Source: Alphaproteobacteria bacterium (GTDB lineage Bacteria; Pseudomonadota; Alphaproteobacteria; UBA7985). From it: DNA of 64,000 nucleotides. A program made the position numbers and the translations under genes. The number at the start of each line of letters is the position of its first letter. The stretch's first letter is position 1. The stretch spans positions 241,008 through 305,007 of the forward strand of contig CBFIBS010000002.1 in the NCBI GenBank assembly GCA_965660945.1, read 5' to 3'. Below, piece by piece: positions 57,427 through 64,000 of this stretch. The notes under the pieces are model-generated. The model saw nothing but the letters and a program-made list of their open reading frames with translations, did not search any database and was not told the DNA's origin.

Positions 57427-58397
57427 TGGGCTATCGCCTCTGTTGGAGTCGGGGAAATCAGGCCGTTCCAGCCCAGAAAGTCGAGCAGGGACGCGGGCGG
57501 AACCGGGCGCTGCCCGCTCATGGCATCCGCCATATTGATGGTGTTCTGGATCAGCATGCCGAAGTAGGTCGAACCCGGCTCACCGGCCGGCGCCAAGGCG
57601 TCGGAAAACAAGGGCGGCAGCGCCCGCAGGGCCAGACCCCGCCGGGCAGCGCCCTCGCGCAGGGCAGCGATACCGGCGTTCTCCACCGTGGTTTCGCTGA
57701 ACACGGCGCTCAGATTCTGTTCTTCGATCAGGTCCACGAGTTCGTTCAGCCGGGCGAGTTTGGTTTCGCTGGCCGTCGAGAGCCCCAGCAGCGGCTCGAA
57801 GCGCACGCTGTAGCGCTCACCGTAGTATTGAAAGGCGTCGTGCGCACTGACCACCGTGCGCTGTTCAGGGTCGATGTCGGCAAAGACCGCGTCGATCCAC
57901 GCGTCGGTCTGCAGCGCCGCTTCGCGCAGCATCGCAACCCGCTCCTCGGACAGGTCCAGATCGGTCTGCTCATCCAGCGCCCGCGACAGGCCAACCACCG
58001 TCTCGATCCAAAGCACGGGGTTGTGCCAGGTGTGCGGGTCCGGCAGGCCACCGTCACGCAGCAGGTCGTCGGCGGGCTGATAGGCTTCCGCTGCGAGCGC
58101 CGGCAGACGCTGCTCCAACTGCCGCATCAGGTCGAGCAATTGTGCCTCGAACAGCAGGCCGTGATAGGTCACGGCGTCGGCCTCGACCATGCTGCGGACA
58201 TCGGAACGCGTGGGTTGGTAGGTATGGGGGTCGGTACCGGCTCCGAGAAGGGACGTGACCTCCGCCTGTCCTTCAAAAATGAAGGCGAGCGGCTGGGCCA
58301 GCATTTGCGTCGTCGTACGCAACACAAAACCCTCTGCCGGTGCGGGACCTGCAACGGACAGCAAAGCCACCAGAGAGAGCGCGAAACCACGCATCAA
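57423..58397 (-). CDS. metal ABC transporter substrate-binding protein (cluster A-I, SitA/PsaA/ZnuA family)
   Basis: 324 aa with a signal peptide. Motifs are DPHTYQPT, PHTW and a conserved SAHDAFQYY-type region. It is the first gene of the operon. Confidence 0.85.
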   Translation of the reverse strand: MMRGFALSLVALLSVAGPAPAEGFVLRTTTQMLAQPLAFIFEGQAEVTSLLGAGTDPHTYQPTRSDVRSMVEADAVTYHGLLFEAQLLDLMRQLEQRLPALAAEAYQPADDLLRDGGLPDPHTWHNPVLWIETVVGLSRALDEQTDLDLSEERVAMLREAALQTDAWIDAVFADIDPEQRTVVSAHDAFQYYGERYSVRFEPLLGLSTASETKLARLNELVDLIEEQNLSAVFSETTVENAGIAALREGAARRGLALRALPPLFSDALAPAGEPGSTYFGMLIQNTINMADAMSGQRPVPPASLLDFLGWNGLISPTPTEAIAQ

Positions 58398-58437
58398 AAG
58401 TCAGTACCCCGCACAGATTGAAGCCTTGGATGTACAA

Positions 58438-58453
58438 TGTAGCTCAAGCTACA
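58438..58453. promoter_or_regulatory. perfect palindrome TGTAGCT-ca-AGCTACA (flanked by ACAAT/ATTGT) in the sitA-mntR divergent spacer; candidate DtxR/MntR operator
   Basis: Read directly from the sequence. It lies 41 nt upstream of the SBP start codon. Confidence 0.45.
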
Positions 58454-58615
58454 AATTGTGCAATAGCCATCGGTGTCGCGTCCGAAGCTGTGTGCCGAAT
58501 CCTTGAAATCCGCTGTCCGGGCTGTATCAACAGACAGCAACCCATTGAAAGGCAGCGGCCCTTGTCCGACCCAAAGAGCGTTTCAGGCCAGACCGAAAAC
58601 CCCGACCTTGCGCCT

Positions 58616-59026
58616 GTGGAGCAGCAGGCGGCCGGGTTCGAAGCTGTGCGCGAAGCGCGGCGTAGCGAGACGGCCGAGGACTACGTTGAGCTGATCGACG
58701 ACCTGATCAAGGCAACCGGTGAGGCCCGGGTGGTCGACGTCGCCGCGCGCATGGGGGTTAGCCACGCGACCGTGAACCGGATCCTGTCCCGGCTGACCAA
58801 GGAAGGCCTGGTCAACACCCAGCCCTACCGGTCAATCTTCCTGACCGACGCCGGCACCAATCTGGCGCAGGAATCGCGGGAACGCCATCGGATCGTGGTC
58901 GAGTTTCTCACCGCGCTGGGCATCGATGAAGGAACGGCTGAGCGAGATGCAGAGGGCATCGAACACTACGTCTCCGAAGCCACCATTCAGGCGTTTCAGG
59001 ACTGGACCGGGAAGATCAGATCTTGA
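58616..59026 (+). CDS. mntR: DtxR-family metal-dependent transcriptional regulator (MntR-like)
   Basis: The ORF track gives 58340..59026. I propose GTG 58616, giving 136 aa. Motifs are RRSETAEDYVELIDDL, VVDVAARMGVSHATVNRILSRLTKEGLV and a metal-binding helix region. The start is uncertain. Confidence 0.8.
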   Translation: MEQQAAGFEAVREARRSETAEDYVELIDDLIKATGEARVVDVAARMGVSHATVNRILSRLTKEGLVNTQPYRSIFLTDAGTNLAQESRERHRIVVEFLTALGIDEGTAERDAEGIEHYVSEATIQAFQDWTGKIRS

Positions 59027-59445
59027 ACCTGCTCGAACACCCCTCGCTGCTCGGGTTCGAACCCCTGTTCAACCATCTGGACTTTCTGTCCAAGCAGCGG
59101 GGCAGCGACGCCTATCCGCCCTTCGATGTCCTCCTACGCGGCGAAAGCACGCTGGTGGTGCGGGTGGCAGTGGCCGGCTTTACCCGCAACGACCTGCGCG
59201 TCATCGCCCAGCCCCATCAGCTGCTGGTCCTCGGCAAGCGGTCGCAGGATGAACCCACCCCGGAGGCGACCGACGTTTTTCACAGTGGCATCGCCCTGCG
59301 TGGGTTCCAGCGACGTTTCGCGCTCGGCCCCGGCCTGACCGTGGAAGGGGCCAGCGTCGCCGATGGCATCCTCGAGGTCACCCTCAACCGGGCCCAGACT
59401 GGCAGCGACAGCGGCGAAGAAATCAACATCCAAGCCCGGCAATAG
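59023..59445 (+). CDS. Hsp20/IbpA-family small heat-shock protein
   Basis: 140 aa. The TTG start overlaps the mntR TGA (TTGA). The N-terminus LLGFEPLFNHLD resembles IbpA. The alpha-crystallin core is YPPFDV......V.VAVAGF....L.V......L.V.G, followed by ADGILEV.L. Confidence 0.85.
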   Translation: MNLLEHPSLLGFEPLFNHLDFLSKQRGSDAYPPFDVLLRGESTLVVRVAVAGFTRNDLRVIAQPHQLLVLGKRSQDEPTPEATDVFHSGIALRGFQRRFALGPGLTVEGASVADGILEVTLNRAQTGSDSGEEINIQARQ

Positions 59446-59450
59446 CGACC

Positions 59451-59867
59451 ATGGCGCGGCGCTACTTCGAGCAGAGCTCACTGCTGACCGAGGCCGAACG
59501 CCGGCAGTTTTACCGGAGCATGGTGCTGTTCCGGCTGACCCTGATCGCCCTGATCTTCTGCATTGTCTGCTGGGTGGTTTGTGCCGTCTTCGGGCCGATC
59601 GATCTGCTCGACCAGCGCCCGGTGGCCTTCTGGCTGCTGCCCACGGGCCTGTTCGCCATTCTCTACTACAGCTACGCCCTGTTCACCGAAATGTCGGGTG
59701 ATCTCAGCCTCGACCGCTGGTGGCGTTGGGTCGGCGCCATCGCGGTGCTGGTGCCCCTGTCAGCCTATTTCACCATCGCGGGCCTGCTGTTTCTGTTTTT
59801 CACCGTCAGTGAGGTCGATGTTTTGCTCGACAGCCTGCCGTTCTGGCCGCTGGAAAACCTGAACTGA
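59451..59867 (+). CDS. hypothetical membrane protein (3-4 TM)
   Basis: 138 aa. It starts 6 nt after the Hsp20 stop and has hydrophobic helices. I recognise no family. Confidence 0.5.
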   Translation: MARRYFEQSSLLTEAERRQFYRSMVLFRLTLIALIFCIVCWVVCAVFGPIDLLDQRPVAFWLLPTGLFAILYYSYALFTEMSGDLSLDRWWRWVGAIAVLVPLSAYFTIAGLLFLFFTVSEVDVLLDSLPFWPLENLN

Positions 59868-59882
59868 CGGCCCGGCAGGCGC

Positions 59883-60326
59883 TCAGACTTCGTTCAGCAG
59901 AATATCAAGGGCAGCCGCGTCCTCTGCGCCGCGCAAACGCTCACAGAACGTCGCGTCTTTGAACGCCCGCGACACCCGGGCGAGCAGCTTGAGGTGGTCG
60001 CCGTTTGCCGTCTCTGGCGCCAAAATCAGAAACACCAGATCAACATCGATCTCGTCATGGGAATCATAGGAAACAGGATCCTGCAGCCGTGCAAAGTAGG
60101 TCACAGTCCGGTTCAGCCCGGGCAACTTAGCGTGCGGGATGGCAACTCCGTCACCTGCGCCGGTCGAGCCTTCCTGCTCCCGATCCTGCAGCGCGGACAG
60201 CACCTCGCGTTCTGCCACGCCATAGGGTTCTGCAACCCTCTGGGCCAGAGAAAGCAACAACTGTCTTTTGCTCGTGACACTGACATTCGGATCGATGAAT
60301 GTCGGTGCGACAAGGGCTTCGTTCAA
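59883..60326 (-). CDS. ptsN: PTS IIA-like nitrogen regulatory protein PtsN (EIIA-Ntr)
   Basis: The ORF track gives 59883..60413 with a TTG start, which overlaps hpf. TTG 60326 gives the canonical short N-terminus before ..SKRQLL. The phosphorylation site is GDGVAIPHAKL. Confidence 0.85.
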   Translation of the reverse strand: MNEALVAPTFIDPNVSVTSKRQLLLSLAQRVAEPYGVAEREVLSALQDREQEGSTGAGDGVAIPHAKLPGLNRTVTYFARLQDPVSYDSHDEIDVDLVFLILAPETANGDHLKLLARVSRAFKDATFCERLRGAEDAAALDILLNEV

Positions 60327-60391
60327 AACACGTGTCCCAAAAAGTACCGGTGGTGGGCTCGGACCGCTCGCAGTCCCATCGATCGGGCGAA

Positions 60392-60970
60392 CTACTGGCC
60401 GGGATCGATCCAACCAATGTTACCATCATTGCGCCGATATACGAGGTTGACCCTGCCATCTGATTCAAACAGGAGAGCGTTTAGGCCCGACAAATCGAGG
60501 CGCGCGACCGCTTGCGCGACAGTAAGTCGCTGAATCTCCGTCTGGCGCTCAGCAACGATGGTGGCGAAATCGCCATCTTCAGCCTCGGATTCGCTGGAAT
60601 CGTCGCTCTGATCAGCCACCGCAGCCTCGAACACCACCGCCCGCGCCGCACGGGTCTCAGCTTCTTCAGCCAGCCCGCGATGGTCATTGAGCTTGCGCTT
60701 GTATCTTCGCAAACGCTTGGCCAGTTTCTCCGCCGCCTGGTCGAGGCTGGCATGGGCGTCACCGGTTTCATCACTGGCCTGAAGTTCAAGATTGCGATGG
60801 ACGTGGACCGTGATCAGACAGTTGAAGCCCCCCGCGCCTTTGGAAAACACCACCTCGGCGCTGAGACCCTGTCCGAAGTACTTATCGAGCAGAGCCGTCA
60901 CAACATCCTGAGCGCGGGCTTCAAGCGCTGTGCTGACATCCATATGGCGGGAAGTGACACTAATCTGCAT
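60392..60970 (-). CDS. hpf: ribosome hibernation promoting factor (long HPF)
   Basis: The ORF track gives 60392..61078. I moved the start to ATG 60970 (MQISVTSRHMDV). It has a sigma-54 modulation protein/S30EA N-domain plus a C-terminal dimerisation domain. Confidence 0.9.
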   Translation of the reverse strand: MQISVTSRHMDVSTALEARAQDVVTALLDKYFGQGLSAEVVFSKGAGGFNCLITVHVHRNLELQASDETGDAHASLDQAAEKLAKRLRRYKRKLNDHRGLAEEAETRAARAVVFEAAVADQSDDSSESEAEDGDFATIVAERQTEIQRLTVAQAVARLDLSGLNALLFESDGRVNLVYRRNDGNIGWIDPGQ

Positions 60971-61134
60971 GGACTGCTCCTGATCCGTGGTGAGTGAAAG
61001 ACGGGATAGCGGGGTTTCAAGCCACCCGTCCGTTCGTCTCGCTTCGCCAGAGATAATCACGCCATCACCGGTCCGCAATCAGCCAAGGACAGACTCCCGA
61101 GGGTAACAGCCGGTCAGGCTGTGCATGATTGCGT

Positions 61135-62679
61135 TCAGGCCATGGCCTTCAGCCGACGACGCTTGACTGACGAAGGAATCCGCAGCGCTTCGCGGTACTT
61201 CGCAACCGTGCGGCGGGCGATGTCGACCCCATCTTCGCGCAGCAGATCGACGATGGTGTCGTCGGAGAGAATGGCATTGGCTTGCTCGGCATCGACCAGC
61301 GCCTTGATCCGGTGGCGGACCGCCTCGGCCGAGTGCGCCTCGCCGTCTCCAGAGGCTGCAATCGACGCGGTGAAGAAGTACTTGAGCTCGAACATGCCGC
61401 GCGGCGTGCTGATGTACTTGTTCGTGGTTGCCCGCGAGACGGTGGACTCATGAATGTCGACGGCTTCGGAAATGTCACGAAGGATCAGCGGCTTGAGGTA
61501 CTGCACACCCTTGGTGAAGAACAGCTCCTGCCGCTCGACGATGGTGGAGGCGACCTTCATGATCGTCTGTGCGCGCTGGTGCAGCGCCTTGACCAGCCAG
61601 TTGGCGGTCTGCATCTGCTCATTGAGGTAGTCGCGGTCTTCCTTGCGCAGCTTGCCCCCGGTCACCATGCCGGAATAAATGTTGTTGACCAGCACACGCG
61701 GCAGGTTGTCGGGGTTGAGCTCGACGATCCAGCCCCCGGCCGGGTTGGGCCGGAGCAGGACATCGGGCGTCACCACCTGCGCTGCATCGACGTTGAATTT
61801 TGAGGCTGGCTTGGGGTCAACCGAGCGCAGCAGGCGCACCCGCTCCACCAGAATTTCCTGGCTGACCCGGCAGACCTTGACGAGCTTGTTCAAATCACCG
61901 CTGGCCAGCAGTTCGAGGTTATCCAGCAGGCCCATCATCGGCCCGTCCAAGGCCTTGAGTTCAGCAAGCTGCAAAGTCAGGCATTCCTTCAGATCGCGGG
62001 CAAAAATCCCGGTCGGCTCAAAGCCCTGCAGGTGCCGGACCACGCCTTCGACGTGGCTGAGCGGGCAGTCCATGCGCTCGGCAATCTGGTCGAGATCAAT
62101 GCGCAGGTACCCTGCCTCGTCGAGGTTTTCCATCAGGGTGAAGGCAATCATCCGGTCGGACGGGTCGTCGAGCTCGATGTTGACCTGGCTGACAATGCGG
62201 TCGCGCAGCGACTCTTCAGAGGTCAGCCGGTTTTCGAGATCGAAATCCTCGCCGCCGTCAAAACCGCGGCTGCCGCCGCTGCCCCAGTTTTCAAAGGCGA
62301 CGGAAGCCCCGACCTGCGCGTCGGCGGTGTCGTCCCGCCCCTGCCAGTTATCGTCGATCTCGCTGACGGCTGCAGCACCATCATCCAGCGGCGCCAGCTC
62401 TGCACCGGTAGCCACGGCCTCGCCGCCGGCATCTCCGGCCGCGCTCGCGGCTTCAGCGCCTTCCGCCGCCGGCGTATCCGACGAAGCGGTTTCAGAGGGT
62501 CCGCGCGCGTCCGCGTTGCTGTCATCGCGTTCCAGCAGCGGGTTCTTTTCCAGCTCGCGTTCGATGTACTCGCTGAGCTCGACGTTTGACAGTTGCAGCA
62601 GCTTGATGGCCTGCTGCAGCTGGGGCGTCATCACCAGTGACTGGCCCTGTTTAAGCGTCAGGTTCTGAGATATGGCCAC
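61135..62679 (-). CDS. rpoN: RNA polymerase sigma-54 factor
   Basis: 514 aa with a GTG start. The N-terminal region I is LKQGQSLVMTPQLQQAIKLLQLS. The RpoN box ARRTVAKYRE lies near the C-terminus. Confidence 0.97.
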   Translation of the reverse strand: MAISQNLTLKQGQSLVMTPQLQQAIKLLQLSNVELSEYIERELEKNPLLERDDSNADARGPSETASSDTPAAEGAEAASAAGDAGGEAVATGAELAPLDDGAAAVSEIDDNWQGRDDTADAQVGASVAFENWGSGGSRGFDGGEDFDLENRLTSEESLRDRIVSQVNIELDDPSDRMIAFTLMENLDEAGYLRIDLDQIAERMDCPLSHVEGVVRHLQGFEPTGIFARDLKECLTLQLAELKALDGPMMGLLDNLELLASGDLNKLVKVCRVSQEILVERVRLLRSVDPKPASKFNVDAAQVVTPDVLLRPNPAGGWIVELNPDNLPRVLVNNIYSGMVTGGKLRKEDRDYLNEQMQTANWLVKALHQRAQTIMKVASTIVERQELFFTKGVQYLKPLILRDISEAVDIHESTVSRATTNKYISTPRGMFELKYFFTASIAASGDGEAHSAEAVRHRIKALVDAEQANAILSDDTIVDLLREDGVDIARRTVAKYREALRIPSSVKRRRLKAMA

Positions 62680-62913
62680 GCTTGTTATCCCACCATCCGA
62701 GCATCAGGACAGCGACGGTCCCGAAAATCTGCAGCTAAAAACTCATAAACCATTTATTTTTTCTCGTAACGAGATCAAAATGTTCTTTAAATCACACTAT
62801 CAGTAGCAGAAACCGAATGAATTACGCCAGCGAGGAAAATCTGGCGCGAAGATTGCTTATGCGCCTGAGGCCTTTTCGCCACAGCACGGCCACAGACCGA
62901 TAAATCGGACAAT

Positions 62914-63669
62914 TCAATCTGATTTTGGCAGTGAAAATCTCTCACCGAAGTAGTGCTTTCTGGCTAATTTATCTGCCGCTACTGCATCGGATGGCCCCTC
63001 GACCAGCACTTCGCCCTGATCGATCAGCACCACGTGCTCAACCAGAGACAGGGTTTCGCGGACGTTGTGGTCCGTGATCAGCACGCCGTAGCCGGCCGCC
63101 GTTATCGTGCGGATGGCCCCGCGCAGCATGTCGATGGCGATGGGATCCACACCGGCGAAGGGTTCATCGAGCAGAACGATCTGCGGCTTGGTGGCGAGCG
63201 TTCGCGCCAGTTCCAGCCGTCGCCGCTGCCCGCCGGAGAGGGTTTCGGCGCGCTGGCCAAGCAGCGCTTCGAGATCGAAGTCGCTGACCAGCCGGTCAAA
63301 GTGATCGCGGCGCTGGCGGCGCGGTAGGCCCACTTCCATCACCGCTTCGAGGTTCTGCCGGACGGTCAAGCCCTCGAACACCGCCGCTTCCTGCGGCAGG
63401 TAGCCCAACCCGGCCCGCGCCCGGCGGAACATGGGTAGCCGTTCAAGCGACTGGCCGTTGAGGCGGATCAGCCCGCCCCGGCTCTGCACCAGTCCGATGA
63501 TGGCGTGAAAGGCCGTGCTCTTGCCCGCCCCATTAGGCCCAAGCAGGCCCACAAGCTGCCCCGGCGCAACCTGCAGCGACAGGCTGTGAACCACGGTCTG
63601 GCCGCCCCGCTCAACCCGCAGATTTTCGACCCGCAGACCGTCGCTCGTGCTGAATGATGGTGCTTTCAT
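62914..63669 (-). CDS. lptB: LPS export ABC transporter ATP-binding protein
   Basis: 251 aa. It has Walker A GPNGAGKST, the signature LSGGQRRR and Walker B VLLDEPFAGVDP. It lies upstream of rpoN. Confidence 0.95.
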   Translation of the reverse strand: MKAPSFSTSDGLRVENLRVERGGQTVVHSLSLQVAPGQLVGLLGPNGAGKSTAFHAIIGLVQSRGGLIRLNGQSLERLPMFRRARAGLGYLPQEAAVFEGLTVRQNLEAVMEVGLPRRQRRDHFDRLVSDFDLEALLGQRAETLSGGQRRRLELARTLATKPQIVLLDEPFAGVDPIAIDMLRGAIRTITAAGYGVLITDHNVRETLSLVEHVVLIDQGEVLVEGPSDAVAADKLARKHYFGERFSLPKSD

Positions 63670-64000
63670 TGACCGCCCAGGGCGCCCGAAATCCGCCCCC
63701 CGGTCCCGCCGTCGAGGATGAGGCTGCCGGTGGCGAGGTCATAGACCAGCCCGGCGCCCGAGAGCACCATATCGCCCTGCTGAACCACCGCTGCGCCGTC
63801 AAGCCAGACTTTGGACGCAGCTTCGTCAAACCGCAGGCGTTCGGCCGCCGCGCGCCAGTCTGCGCCTTGCAGCGAGGCTGAGCCACTGGCTTCGATGCTT
63901 GCCAGCTGGGCGGCGTCGAGTGCGCCGGATCCGCTCTCGGCCGACAGGCGAACTTCACCCCACTGCAGCACGAACGCGCCATCGAGGGTAAAGCGCTCGG
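63666..64000 (-). CDS. lptA: LptA/OstA-family periplasmic LPS transport protein, 3' part (5' end outside window)
   Basis: The frame stays open to the window edge. It has a beta-jellyroll-like repetitive G/A/L pattern, overlaps lptB by 4 nt and sits in the conserved lptA-lptB-rpoN order. Confidence 0.7.
   Translation of the reverse strand, partial: ERFTLDGAFVLQWGEVRLSAESGSGALDAAQLASIEASGSASLQGADWRAAAERLRFDEAASKVWLDGAAVVQQGDMVLSGAGLVYDLATGSLILDGGTGGRISGALGGQ

Overview
High-GC chromosomal segment, almost certainly from an alphaproteobacterium. Supporting markers are GapR/DUF2312, plant-type glutamate-cysteine ligase, a HIG1-like twin-TM protein, a ZitP-like zinc-ribbon protein, the lptA-lptB-rpoN-hpf-ptsN block and the grxC-comF-methyltransferase block. 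I can support about 64 protein-coding genes and one tRNA-Ala(GGC). Most are densely packed housekeeping genes: ileS, ribF, ispG, lspA, argJ, aceA, htpG, gshA, ubiA, rpsA, cmk, aroA, ihfB, ftsEX, rpoN and lptB. I see no rRNA, CRISPR array, transposase, integrase or phage genes. Family names come from motif recognition by eye, because no searches could be run. Many long ORFs in the track are antisense or out-of-frame artefacts of the high GC content and were discarded. Several starts were moved to internal ATG/GTG/TTG codons where signal peptides, lipoboxes, RBS-like purine tracts or neighbouring genes argued for it.

I found no obvious defence or mobile system. The parts worth a second look are:
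- Two adjacent, paralogous, Cys-free secreted proteins of 794 and 637 aa that I cannot assign to a family. They sit in a division/envelope neighbourhood (zapE ... plsC-ftsXE-zitP-like).
- A lower-GC segment (about 11.9-17.1 kb) carrying a 876-aa acidic cadherin-like/FG-GAP protein behind a 317-bp AT-rich leader.
- A membrane-anchored barnase homologue in which the general-base Glu aligns to Val, with no barstar gene nearby.
- A GNAT-MutT fusion translationally coupled to argJ.
- Perfect palindromes in the scfR/ramB-aceA and sitA-mntR divergent promoters.
- An Hsp20 gene whose TTG start overlaps the mntR stop.
- An AT-rich patch with a small acidic ORF directly 3' of the tRNA.
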